64,000 bases of DNA, from contig CAWFSE010000003.1 in the NCBI GenBank assembly GCA_963818455.1, positions 128,506-192,505 on the forward strand, in the 5' to 3' direction. The notes under the pieces were generated by a model. The model had not been told where the DNA came from, did no database searches, and was given only the letters and a program-made list of their open reading frames with translations. A program made the translations under genes and the position numbers. Origin of the DNA: an uncultured Actinomycetota bacterium. Its GTDB lineage: Bacteria > Actinomycetota > Actinomycetes > CAVWCF01. Below, piece after piece: positions 22,127-32,625 of this stretch (its first letter is position 1; each line of letters begins with the position of its first letter).

Positions 22127-23070
22127 CCGAGAACGGCGACGGCCGCACGCGCAGGGTGGGACTCGTGGTCAACCCCACCAGCGGCAAGGGGCGCGGCAAG
22201 CGCTACGCGACCACCGTCGCCGAGCGGCTCACCCAGCGCGGCCTCTCCGTGCGCACCATCGTGGGCAGGGACGCCATCGAGGCCCTCGACCTCGCCCGCC
22301 AGGCCGTGGCCGAGGGGCTCGAGGGGCTGGTCGTGCTCGGCGGCGACGGCATGGTCCACCTCGGCGTGCAGGCGGTGGCCGGCAGCCCGCTGCCGCTGGG
22401 CATCATCGCCGCGGGCACCGGCAACGACTTCGCCCGCCTGCTCGGGCTCCCCATCCACGAGCCGGTCGAGGGGGCCGATCTGGTGGCTGACTGGGCCGTC
22501 CGCACGATCGACGCGGGCCGGGTGCTGCACCACTCCGAGGAGCAGTGGTTCGCGGGGGTGCTCAGCAGCGGCTTCGACTCCCTGGTCAACGAGCGCGCGA
22601 ACCGGATGACCTGGCCGCGCGGCCGGATGCGCTACAACGTCGCCATCGTCGCTGAGCTGAGCGTCTTCAAGGCGCTGCCGTTCACCCTCGACCTCGACGG
22701 CGAGCGGATCGAGACCGAGGCCATGCTGGTGGCGGTCGGCAACGGCCAGTCGTACGGCGGGGGTATGCGGGTGTGCCCCGGGGCGCTGGTCGACGACGGG
22801 CTGCTCACCGTCACCGTGCTGTCGAAGATCTCCAAGCCGGAGTTCCTCCGGGTGTTCCCCACCGTCTACAAGGGCACCCACATCAACCACCCCGCCGTGA
22901 GCGTCCACACCGCGCGTCGAGTCGACCTCACCTCGCCCGGGGCGATGGCGTACGCCGACGGTGAGCGGATCGCCGCGCTGCCGCTCGCGGTCGAGGCCGT
23001 CCCCGGCGCGCTCAAGGTGCTCGTCGCTGCGGCAGGCGCGGGAGGCGCGGCCGACGCCGGCGGCGCATAG
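22123..23070 (+). CDS. Diacylglycerol/lipid kinase family protein (DagK/YegS-like).
   Basis: Intact 315 aa. NPTSGKGRG, GGDGMVH and GTGNDFAR motifs. The ATG overlaps the tatC stop. Confidence 0.85.
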   Translation: MTENGDGRTRRVGLVVNPTSGKGRGKRYATTVAERLTQRGLSVRTIVGRDAIEALDLARQAVAEGLEGLVVLGGDGMVHLGVQAVAGSPLPLGIIAAGTGNDFARLLGLPIHEPVEGADLVADWAVRTIDAGRVLHHSEEQWFAGVLSSGFDSLVNERANRMTWPRGRMRYNVAIVAELSVFKALPFTLDLDGERIETEAMLVAVGNGQSYGGGMRVCPGALVDDGLLTVTVLSKISKPEFLRVFPTVYKGTHINHPAVSVHTARRVDLTSPGAMAYADGERIAALPLAVEAVPGALKVLVAAAGAGGAADAGGA

Positions 23071-23079
23071 GCTCGATCC

Positions 23080-25820
23080 ATGGATGAGCCGGCGGGTCCC
23101 TCCCCGGCCGAGCGGTACGCCGCCTCGCGGCGCCGGCGCCCCCGCAGCCATGCCCACCTGGCGCGATTCCGCGAGACGTACGGATTCCCGCTCGACGACT
23201 TCCAGGTCGAGGCCTGCGAGGCGCTGGAGGAGGGCCGCGGCGTCCTGGTCTGCGCGCCGACGGGCGCGGGCAAGACCGTCGTCGGCGAGTTCGCCGTGCA
23301 CCTCGCCCTGGCCGAGGGCCGCAAGTGCTTCTACACCACCCCGATCAAGGCGCTGAGCAACCAGAAGTACAACGACCTCGTGGAGCGGCACGGCGCGGAC
23401 CTGGTCGGCCTGCTGACCGGCGACAACACCGTCAACGGCGAGGCGCCCGTGGTCGTGATGACCACCGAGGTGCTGCGCAACATGCTGTACGCGGGGTCGT
23501 CGACGCTGGCCGGCCTCGGCTACGTCGTCATGGACGAGGTGCACTACCTCGCCGACCGCTTCCGCGGCGCGGTGTGGGAAGAGGTGATCATCCACCTGCC
23601 CGACGCCGTCCGACTCGTCTCGCTGTCGGCGACGGTGAGCAACGCCGAGGAGTTCGGCGAGTGGCTCGCCGCGGTGCGCGGCGACAACCAGATCGTGCTC
23701 GAGGAGCACCGGCCGGTCCCGCTGTGGCAGCACATCATGGTCGGCGACCGGCTGCACGACCTGTTCATCGACGACGACCAGGAGATCGTCAACCCCGAGC
23801 TGGTCCGCGTCGCGCGCGATGAGGAGCGGACCACGCGGCTGGGGCGACCGGCGGCCGGGACGCGGAGGACGCCGACCGCGCTCGGAGCACACGCCCAGCC
23901 GGGTCGACGTGATCGACCGGCTCGACCGGGCCGACCTGCTGCCGGCGATCACCTTCATCTTCAGCCGGGTCGGCTGCGACGCGGCGGTGCAGCAGTGCCT
24001 GCGGGCGGGCGTCCGCCTCACGACGCCCGAGGAGCGCGATCGCGATCCGGGCGGTGGCCCTGGAGCGCTCCGAGGGGATCCCCGATGAGGACCTCGCCGT
24101 GCTCGGCTACCACGAGTGGCTCGACGGCCTCGAGCGCGGAGTGGCCGCCCACCACGCCGGCCTGCTGCCGATCTTCAAGGAGGTCGTCGAGGAGCTCTTC
24201 CAGCGCGGGCTGGTGCGCGCGGTCTTCGCCACCGAGACGCTGGCCCTCGGGATCAACATGCCGGCCCGCTGCGTCGTGCTCGAGCGGCTGGTCAAGTGGA
24301 ACGGCGAGGCCCATGTCGACGTCACGCCGGGGGAGTACACCCAGCTGACCGGGCGGGCCGGCCGGCGGGGCATCGACGTCGAGGGGCACGCCGTCGTGCT
24401 CTGGCAGCCGAACCTCGACCCGCGGTCGGTGGCCGGCCTCGCCAGCACCCGCACGTACCCGCTGCGCTCGTCCTTCCGCCCCTCGTACAACATGGCGGTC
24501 AACCTGGTCGGCCAGTTCGGCCGGCACACCGCCCGCGAGCTGCTCGAGTCCTCCTTCGCGCAGTTCCAGGCCGACCGGGCGGTCGTCGGCATGGCGCGTC
24601 AGGTGCGCAAGCAGGAGGAGGCCCTCGACGGCTACCTCGCCTCGATGTCCTGCCACCTCGGCGACTTCGAGGAGTACGCGCGGCTGCGCCGCGAGCTGTC
24701 CGACCGCGAGGCGCACCTCGCCCGCGACGCCGGCGCCACCCGGCGGGCCGCCGCCGCCCAGTCGCTGGAGCGGCTGCAGCCCGGCGACGTGATCCCGATC
24801 CCCGGCGGGCGCAAGGCCGGGTTCGCCGTGGTGGTGCAGCGCTCGTCGGCGGGCGGGCCGCCCACGAGAGCCCGCGGCCCGTGGTGGTCACCGCCTCCGG
24901 CCAGGTCCGCCGGCTCTCGGTGGTCGACGTGCCGCACGCCGGTGGTCCCGGTCGACCGGCTCCGGCTCCCCAAGGCGTTCAACGCCCGCAACGGCCAGAT
25001 GCGGCGCGACCTTGCGTCGGCGCTGCGCGCCAAGGGGTACGACACGGCCGCCCGCCCCCGGCGCGGCCGGGGCGGCGGTGCGGACGAGGACGCCGAGGTG
25101 CTGCGGCTCAGGGCGGCGCTGCGCGCCCACCCGTGCCACGGCTGCGACCAGCGCGAGGACCACGCGCGCTGGGCCGAGCGCTACTGGCGGCTGCGCCGCG
25201 AGACCGAGCAGCTTGAGCGCCGGGTCGAGGGGCGCACCAACACGATCGCGCGCACCTTCGACCGGGTGTGCGGCCTGCTGGAGTCGCTGGGCTACCTCGA
25301 CGGCGACCGCGTCACCGAGGAGGGGCTGCGGCTGGGTCGCCTCTACTCCGAGTTCGACCTGCTCGCCGCCGAATGCCTGCGCGATGAGGTGTGGGACGGG
25401 CTCACGCCCGCGGAGCTGGCCGCGTGCGCGTCCGCCCTCGTGTACGAGTCGCGGCAGGCCGACGACGCCGCGCCCCCGAAGGTGCCCAGCGGGCGCACCC
25501 AGGACGCCCTCGCCGAGACCGTCCACCTGTGGGGGCGGCTCGACCTGGCGGAGAAGGACCACGGGCTGTCCTTCCAGCGCGAGCCCGACCTCGGCTTCGC
25601 GTGGGCGGCCTACCGCTGGGCCAGCGGGCAGCGGCTGGAGCGGGTGCTCACCGAGTCCGGCATGCAGGCCGGCGACTTCGTCCGCTGGACCAAGCAGCTG
25701 GCCGACCTGCTCGGCCAGGTGGCCGACGCCGCCCCGGCCGAGGGGGGCGTGCGCCAGACGGCGTTCAGCGCCGTCGAGGCCATCCGCCGCGGGGTGGTCG
25801 CGTACTCCTCGGTGGGCTGA
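23080..25820 (+). pseudogene. helY: Ski2-like DEAD/DEAH-box RNA helicase HelY. At least 4 frameshifts as assembled.
   Basis: CAPTGAGKT, VMDEVHYL, SATVSN, FIFSRVGCD, HHAGLLP and TETLALGINMPA, with a C-terminal DSHCT-like region. Switches lie near 23840, 24045, 24850 and 24935. Confidence 0.9.
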
Positions 25821-25841
25821 CAGGGGTCGTACCCTGGAGTT

Positions 25842-26156
25842 ATGGGGATGGTCTTCGCGCTCACGCTGCCCGGGCTGGTGGTGCTGCTCATCGCCGCCGC
25901 GGTCATCGAGCACGTGCTCAGCGCCCGCACCCCGCGCGAGCCCGACCCCGATCGGCTCCACCCCAAGCGTCGCGGCGCCGTCACCGGTGTCGGGCTCGAC
26001 GTCCTGAACGTGGCGCTCAACCCAGCGGCCAAGCACGCCGTGGACCAGCGCGAGCACGAGCGGGTGTGGCGCGATGAGGACGAAGAGGGCGCGCCGCCGC
26101 GCAGCCGGGTCGACCTCGACCGCGGCCAGGCGCACCTGCGGCTGCCCCGGGCGTAG
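25842..26156 (+). CDS. Small membrane-anchored protein (DUF6191-like).
   Basis: 104 aa, with an N-terminal TM segment (MGMVFALTLPGLVVLLIAAAVI) and ..RDEDEEGAPPRSRVDLDRGQAHLRLP... The family assignment is from memory. Confidence 0.5.
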   Translation: MGMVFALTLPGLVVLLIAAAVIEHVLSARTPREPDPDRLHPKRRGAVTGVGLDVLNVALNPAAKHAVDQREHERVWRDEDEEGAPPRSRVDLDRGQAHLRLPRA

Positions 26157-26168
26157 GCCGGCTAGCTG

Positions 26169-28750
26169 CTAGCCCCGCCTCCGCCGCCGCTGCACGGCCT
26201 TGTCGAGCGTGTCCACGCCCAGCACGGCGGGCACGGCCAGCAGCGCGACGGCGAAGCCCGCGGCGCTCGGGCGGGGCCTGGCCCAGCAGGTCCGCGATCG
26301 GCGGGATGAAGAGGAAGCCGACGAGCAGCACGATCATCGCGGCCACCGCGCCGATGAGCAGCCGGTTGGCGGGTCGCGCGAGCCGCCACGGGGGGCGCGA
26401 CGCGCTGCGGCAGGCGAACGCGTTCGCCGCCTGCCCGAGGACGACGGCCGTGAAGGCCGCCCCTGAGGCCATCAGCAGCGTGGACCCCTCCGGGAACCCG
26501 TCTCCGGGCCGCCAGCCGACGGCCCAGAAGGTGGCGAAGAACGCCGCCATCTCGACGATCGCCTCGGTGGGGCCCAGCACGCCGAAGGAGCGCCGGAGCA
26601 CCGAGCGGTCGAGCAGGTGGCCGCGACGTGGCCGGCCCTCAAGGGCGTGGCGGCTGGCCGGCTCGGCGCCGAGGGCGGCGGCCGGGGCGATGTCGGTGCC
26701 GATGTCGAGGGCGAGCACCTGCAAGACCCCGAGGGCCAGCGGGATCTGGCCGGCCGACAGGGCCCACACCACGAACGGGGTGAGCTCGGCGACGTTGTCG
26801 GTGAGGTGGTACGTGAGGAAGCGCCGGATGTTGGCGAACGTCGCCCGGCCCTGCTCGACCGCGGCGACGATCGTCGCGAAGTCGTCGTCCAGCAGGACCA
26901 GATCGGCGGCCTCTCGGGCCACGTCGGTGCCGGACCGGCCCATGGCGATGCCGATGTCCGCCTCCTGAAGCGCCGGCCCGTCGTTGACCCCGTCGCCGGT
27001 CATGGCCACCACATGGCCCGCCAGCGCAGCGCGCGGGCGATCTGCAGCTTCTGCTCGGGCGACACCCGGGCCACGACGATCCCGTCGCGGTCGAGGGCGG
27101 CGGCCGAGCTCGCGCCCGTCGGCGGGGAGGTCGGCTCCCACCAGGACGGGCCCGTCGGGACCGCAGATCCCCACCTCGCGGGCGATCGCGGCCGCCGTCT
27201 GCGGGTGGTCGCCCGTGATCATCGCGACCTTGATGCCGGCGTGGCGCACGGCGGCGATCGCCGCGGCCGCGTGCGGGCGCGGGGGGTCCTCGAGGCCGAC
27301 CAGCCCGAGCAGCTGCAGGCCGTCCTCGGCGACGTCGGCGCTCGCGGGCAGGGCCCCAGCCTCGGGGAGGTGGCGGGCGGCCACCGCGAGCACGCGCAGG
27401 CCCCGGGCCGCGAGATCCTCGAGCGCCCGCTCGGCCGCGCGGGCCTCCTCGGGGGAAGCCAGGCACCGGGGGAGTACGGCGTCGGGGGCGCCCTTGACGA
27501 GCACCCGCCCTGCGGTCACCAGCGACATCCGCCGACGGCGCGGGTCGAACGGGAATCGCCGGTCCGAACGCAGCGCGTGGGCGTGCGCCGGCCCCTCGGC
27601 GCCGAGGCGGCGCGCGAACGCGTCGAGGGCGGCCTCCATCGGGTCGCCCTGCGCGACCCAGCGCCCGTCGCGCTCGACGGCCCGCCCCGCCGAGCACAGC
27701 ACCGCGGCCACGGCCAGGTCGCGCAGCGGCTCCAGCAGTCCGGGGTCCGCGTCCACGTGGGCCTCGGGGCCGTACCCGCCCCCGGTGATCCGGGCCACGC
27801 CGCGGGGCGTCCAGACCTCGACCACCGCCATCTCGTTCTGGGTCGAGCGTCCCGGTCTTGTCGGTGCAGATGAAGGTCGTCGAGCCCAGCGTCTCGACCG
27901 ACTCCAGCCGGCGGACCAGGGCGTGGCGACGCGCCATCCGCTGCGCCCCGAAGGCGAGGGACAGCGTGACGGTCGGCAGCAGCCCCTCGGGGACCAGCGC
28001 GACGGTCACTCCGATGGCGAAGATGAACCCATCGCGGGGGTCGACCCCCAGCAGCAGGGCCAGGCCGAAGAACGCCGCGCCCACGGCCACCGCGACGACC
28101 GCGATGATCCGGACGACCCGCCGCAGCTCGACGGCCAGCGGGCCAACCGGGCGGTGCGCCGACTGGGTGAGCGAGGCGATGCCGGCCAGCCGGGTGTCGG
28201 CGCCGACCGCGGTGACGACCGCCGAGCCATCACCCTCGACGACGAACGTCCCCGCCGACAGCGGATCTCCACCGCCCACCGGCACCGGGACGCTCTCCCC
28301 GGTGAGCATGGACGCGTCGACGGAGAGCGCGTGCACCCGCCCGGCGCGAAGGTCGGCCGAGATCCGGTCGCCGCTCTCCAGCAGCACCAGGTCTCCGACG
28401 ACCAGCTCGGTGGCGTCGATCTCAAGCGGACGGCCGTCGCGGACCACGCGGGCGCGGCTCGGCAGCAGGTTGCGCAGCTCGGCGGCTGCCCGCTCGGCGC
28501 GGTACTCCTGCGCGAAGGCGAAGACGCCGTTGACGACGACCACCACGAAGATCGCCACTCCGAGGGCAGGCAGACCCGCCAGGAACGCCAGCGCCCCCGC
28601 CGTCCACAGCATCAACGCGAAGAAGTGCACCAGCTGCGCCCCGAGGCGCCGCCACGGCGAGGGCACGGTGGCCGCGGGCAGGGTGTTGGGGCCTCCCGCG
28701 GCCAGGCGGGCGGCCGCCTCCGCGGCGCTGAGCCCGCGCTGATCGCTCAC
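26169..28750 (-). pseudogene. Cation-translocating P-type (E1-E2) ATPase, type II-like. At least 4 frameshifts as assembled.
   Basis: TGES (LTGESVPV), PEGL, DKTGTL at the break near 27840, ITGDHPQTA, MTGDGVNDGPAL, and 10-TM architecture. Further switches lie at about 27010-27130 (a compensating pair) and about 26285. The stop TAG is at 26169-26171. Confidence 0.85.
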
Positions 28751-29683
28751 CCCACGGCGCCCAGGGCCGCCTGCAGGCGGGACACGCTCGTACGCAGGCC
28801 ATAGCGCTCCACGAGGTCCGCGAGCCGGTCCGGGTCCGCTGGCGCGGCGGGCAGCGCGAGACCGGTGTCCGGCAAGGCCAGGTCTCGCACCACCCGGACC
28901 ACCGGCCCAGCGGCCTCGAGGTAGTCGCGGGCGGCCTCCAGGGCGGGCCGCTTCGCGACGGCGGGGTCACCGGCATCGAGGGCGGCCAGGAGCCCTGCCA
29001 GCGACCCCCACCGCTGCAGCAGCCCGGCCGCGGTCTTCTCGCCGATACCCGCCACCCCGGGCAGCCCGTCCGAGGGGTCGCCGCGCAGGACGGCCAGGTC
29101 GGCGTAACCCGGCCCGTCGACGCCGTACTTCGCCCGCAGCCAGGCCTCGTCCACCTCATCGGCCTTAGCCACGCCCTTGCCGGTGTAGAGCACGCGGACG
29201 GCGCGCGCGTCATCGACGAGCTGGAAGAGGTCGCGGTCGCCGGTGACGATCACGACGGGGCCAGCGGACCGCGTGGCCAGCGTGCCGATCACGTCATCGG
29301 CCTCGTAGCCGGGAGCCCCGATCCGGGCGATGCCGAGCGCGGCCAGCACGTCGGCGATGACCGGCACCTGCGGCGACAGGGTGTCGGGCACCTCCTCGGC
29401 CCCGGTGGCCGGCTCGGCCACCCGGTGCGCCTTGTACGAGGGGATCAGCCCGACCCGCCAGGCCGGCCGCCAGTCGTCATCCCAGCAGCACACCAGCCCG
29501 CCCGGGCTCACCCGGCGGACGAGCGTGGCGATCATGTCGAGGAAGCCGCGGACGGCGTTCACCGGCATCCCGTCCGGCGCCGTCGTGGACTCCGGCACGC
29601 CGAAGTACGCGCGGAAGTACAAGCGAGGCGGAGTCGAGCAGCAGCAAGGGGGCACGCCGTTCCGCGCCTGCTTCTTCGGGCAC
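28747..29683 (-). pseudogene. 5'-3' exonuclease (Pol I N-terminal/FEN-like, Rv2090-like). One frameshift near the 5' end.
   Basis: GTG 29683 gives ..RAPLLLLDSASL in one frame. From about 29620 the main ORF continues YFRAYFGVPES..VIVTGDRDLFQLV..GVAGIGEKTAAGLL.. Confidence 0.85.
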
Positions 29684-29719
29684 ACCGCCATCCTGCCGCA
29701 GCGGGCATACGGTGGGCGG

Positions 29720-30841
29720 GTGACTGACGACACCACCGCGATCGCCGAACGCCTGGCCCGGGCGCAGACGGCGGTCGCCGCCGCCGAGCTCGACGCGCTG
29801 CTCGTGACACCCGGGCCCGACCTGCGCTACCTCACCGGCTACGACGCGATCCCGCTGGAGCGGCTCACCTGCCTGGTCGTGCCCGCCGCCGGCGACCCGT
29901 TCAGCGTCGTCGTCCCCGGCCTCGAGCGGCCCGCGGCCGAGGCCTCGCCGCTGCCGGCGGCTGGGGGTCGAGGTCCTGGACTGGGCCGAGACCGACGACC
30001 CGTTCGCCCTGGTGGCGTCGCTGCTGCCCGCGGCCGGGGCCGTCGCCCTCGACGACCATATGTGGGCCGAGAAGGTGCTCCGGCTGCGCGCGGCGATGCC
30101 GGGGGTGGAGCAGGTGCTCGGGCAGGTCGTGCTGCGCGAGCTGCGGCTGCGCAAGACGCCCGCACGAGGTCGAGGCGCTGCGCGAGGCCGGCCGCCGCGA
30201 TCGACCGGGTGCACGCGCGGCATGGCGGGAGTGGCTGCGGGCCGGCCGCACCGAGCGAGAGGTCGGCCGCGACATCGCCGACGCGATCCTGGCCGAGGGG
30301 CACGCCACCGTCGACTTCGTCATCGTCGGCAGCGGCCCCAACGGCGCCAGCCCGCACCACGAGGTGGGCGACCGGGTGATCCAGCCCGGCGACCCGGTGG
30401 TCATCGACATCGGCGGCACGATGCCGAGCGGGCTACTGCTCCGACGAGACCCGCATGTACGCCGTCGGCGACGCCGTCCGCAGGAGTTCGCCGACTACTA
30501 CGCGGTGCTGCAAGCCGCCCAGCGACGCCGCGTGCGACGCGGTCCGGCCTGGCGTCAGCGCGGAGTCGGTCGACGCCGCGGCCCGCGCGGTGATCACGGC
30601 GGCCGGATACGGCGAGTTCTTCATCCACCGCACCGGCCACGGCATCGGCCTGGAGACGCACGAGGACCCGTACATCGTCGCCGGCAACGCCGAGCCGCTC
30701 GAGCCGGGGATGGCCGTTCTCGGTCGAGCCCGGCATCTACCTGCCCGGCCAGCGACGGCGCGCGCATCGAGGACATCGTCGTGTGCACGGAGACCGGCGG
30801 CGAGCGGCTCAACCTACGTGCCGCGCGAACTGGTGATCTGG
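29720..30841 (+). pseudogene. M24-family Xaa-Pro dipeptidase (PepE/PepQ-like). At least 5 frameshifts as assembled.
   Basis: Pieces lie in all three frames: VTDDTTAIAERLARAQ..LLVTPGPDLRYLTGY; DDHMWAEKVLRLRAAMPG; GRDIADAILAEGHATVDFVIVGSGPNGASPHHE..DPVVIDIGG; FFIHRTGHGIGLETHEDPY; ARIEDIVVCTETGGERLN. The 3' end is approximate. A TGG at 30839-30841 would be TGA if one G were removed. Confidence 0.8.
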
Positions 30842-30850
30842 AGGCGTGCG

Positions 30851-32014
30851 ATGCTGCTGCCCGTCATCGACCGCGAGCAGCCCGACCGACGCGGCCAGCG
30901 CGCTGCTCGACCTGACCGCCGAGATCGCCGACAAGGAGCTGCGCCCCGCCGGTCGACGCCGCTGAGGCGCGACGCGCGAGTTCCCGCGCGACGTCTACCG
31001 GACTTGGGCGACGCCGGGCTGCTCGGGCTGCCTACGCCGAGGAGCACGGCGGGGCGGGCCAGCCGTACGCCGTCTACCTGCAGGTCGTCGAGGAGCTCGC
31101 CCGCGCCTGGCTCTCCGTCGGGCATCGGGGTCAGCGTGCACACGCTGGCGTGCTTCCCGCTCGCCACAGTACGGCACCGCCGAGCAGAAGGAGCGCTGGC
31201 TGCCCGAGATGCTCGGCGGCGACGCTGCTCGGCGCGTACTGCCTGTCCGAGCCCGGCAGCGGATCCGACGCCGCTGCGCTGCGTGACCCGCGCGAGTGCC
31301 GGACGGCGACGCGTACGTCGTCGACGGCGACGAAGGCGTGGATCACCCACGGGGGCGTGGCCGACTTCTACAACCTGATGGTCCGCGACCTCCGACGACG
31401 GCCCGCGGGGGATCACGTTGCCTGCTCGCCGAGGCGCGGCACGCCCGGGCTGTCGGCAGCCGCCCCCGAGCGCAAGATGGGGGCCAACTCCTCGCCCACG
31501 GCGCAGATCATCCTCGAAGGCGCGCGCAGTCCCGGCCGACCGGCGGATGGGCGCCGAAGGCGAGGGCTTCAAGATCGCGCTCGGTGCGCTCGACGGCGGC
31601 CGGCTCGGGATCGCCGCCTGCGCGGTGGGGCTCGCCCAGGCCGCGCTCGACCTCGCCGCGGCTCGTACGCCAAGGAGCGCCGGCAATTCGGCCGCCCGAT
31701 CGTCGAGTTCCAGGGGCTGTCGTTCCTGCTGGCCGACATGGCCACCGCGGTGGCCGCCGCCCGCGCGCTCTACCTGCGACGCGGCCCGGCTGCGCGACCG
31801 CGGCGGGCGCCTTCGGGCCGAAGGCCGCTATGGCGAAGCTGTTCGCCACCGACACCGCGATGCGGGTCACGACCGACGCCGTCCAGGTGCTGGGCGGCTA
31901 CGGCTACGTGCAGGACTTCGCCGGCCGAGCGGCTACATGCGCGAGGCCAAGGTGCTGCAGATCGTCGAGGGCACCAACCAGATCCAGCGCGTCGTCATCG
32001 GCCGCTCGCTCTGA
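30851..32014 (+). pseudogene. Acyl-CoA dehydrogenase, heavily frameshifted (at least 10 switches by eye).
   Basis: Fragments: ALLDLTAEIADKELRP, GLLGLPYAEEHGGAGQPYAVYLQVVEELARAW, YCLSEPGSGSDAAAL, KAWITHGGVADFYNLMV, RKMGANSSPTAQIILEGA, EGEGFKIALGALDGGRLGIAA, RRQFGRPIVEFQG, and ..YMREAKVLQIVEGTNQIQRVVIGRSL* (stop 32012-32014). Confidence 0.85.
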
Positions 32015-32021
32015 TCCTCCG

Positions 32022-32053
32022 CGGGAACGACGGGGGGATCGGGGGTCGTCCCG
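32022..32053 (+). terminator. Hairpin directly after the acyl-CoA dehydrogenase stop, a candidate terminator.
   Basis: CGGGAACGAC (32022-32031) pairs with GTCGTCCCG (32045-32053): 9 bp with one bulged A and a 13-nt G-rich loop. No U-tract. Confidence 0.45.
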
Positions 32054-32168
32054 TAGGCCGTGAGGAGCCGCGCGCTGGACGAAGGGCTACGGGCCCGCGC
32101 AAGGCGACAAGCGCGCGGCGGATAGGCCAAGGGGCGAGTCCCGATCCCACCCAACTCGAAGCGGTGGG

Positions 32169-32383
32169 CCGTCCGGGTGAAATCGGCGGCGGAAGGGTAG
32201 TCAGCGGGGCGGGGGAGAGGCACGGTGTCCCCGGGAAGCGTTGATCCGGATGGCGCGCCCGCACCGCCTCTGAGGGGAAGGCTGCGGGCACACGGTCGCC
32301 GAGCCATCCGGGGAGTGAGTGGCGAGACCGACCCGTCTGACTCGGGTCGGGGATGGTCCCCGCCCGGCGCACGCCGCGGACGG
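32169..32383 (+). promoter_or_regulatory. Candidate structured 5' leader, riboswitch-like and unclassified, upstream of the small secreted ORF and lrp.
   Basis: Closing helix CCGTCCG (32169-32175) / CGGACGG (32377-32383), abutting the GGGAG Shine-Dalgarno. Nested helices: CCGGATGG (32246-32253) / CCATCCGG (32304-32311), with GCCCGCA (32257-32263) / TGCGGGC (32283-32289) inside it. CCGACCCG (32328-32335) / CGGGTCGG (32343-32350). Riboswitch-like strings include GGGUGAAAUC and CCCCGGGAAGCG. Confidence 0.35.
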
Positions 32384-32396
32384 GAGCACCACCATC

Positions 32397-32606
32397 ATGA
32401 ATCGACGCATCTTCGGGGCCGCGCTGGCAGCCCTTGTGGGCGCCGGCGTCCTCGGCCTCGCCACCTCGGCCGCCGCCGACGGCACCGACTGGACCGACCA
32501 AGGACCGGGCTACCCGGTCGTCGAGCACCCCGCGCCCGGCGTGGGCCTCATCCCCCCGGCCAGCTGGGAGCGCTCGGCGGACGGCACGGTCACCCGCCTG
32601 CAGTAG
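32397..32606 (+). CDS. Small secreted protein of unknown function.
   Basis: ATG 32397. 69 aa with a signal peptide MNRRIFGAALAALVGAGVLGLATSAAA/DG. The mature part is Cys-free (..TDWTDQGPGYPVVEHPAPGVGLIPPASWERSADGTVTRLQ*). Confidence 0.5.
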   Translation: MNRRIFGAALAALVGAGVLGLATSAAADGTDWTDQGPGYPVVEHPAPGVGLIPPASWERSADGTVTRLQ

Positions 32607-32625
32607 CCGCCGATAGCCTGACCCC

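Noticed and set aside
21685-24021. A 778-aa ORF on the minus strand, together with many other long antisense ORFs (for example 2216-4450 +, 948-1913 -, 32590-34836 -, 32901-34988 +, 50905-52620 -, 38868-40055 -).
   Set aside because: They lie antisense to genes with clear family motifs, and they are Arg/Pro/Gly/Ala-rich and of low complexity. They are the expected stop-codon-poor shadow frames of very GC-rich DNA, and I saw no motifs in them.
27859-27866. A TGTCGGTG word resembling the PafBC/RecA-NDp promoter motif. It also occurs near 48770-48777.
   Set aside because: Both occurrences are the reverse complement of the DKTGT phosphorylation-site codons of the two P-type ATPases. No TAnnnT element follows at the required spacing.
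32150-32396. Assignment of the leader to the cobalamin, lysine (L-box), TPP, ZTP, ydaO (c-di-AMP) or guanidine-I riboswitch class.
   Set aside because: Only partial string similarities are present. The invariant cores that I remember are absent or mismatched: GCCACUG for B12, CUGAGA with ACCUGAUCUGGAUAAUGCCAGCG for TPP, CAGCUAACCUCG for ydaO, and CCGCCUGGGC for ZTP. I cannot run a covariance model, so the leader is reported as unclassified and not named.
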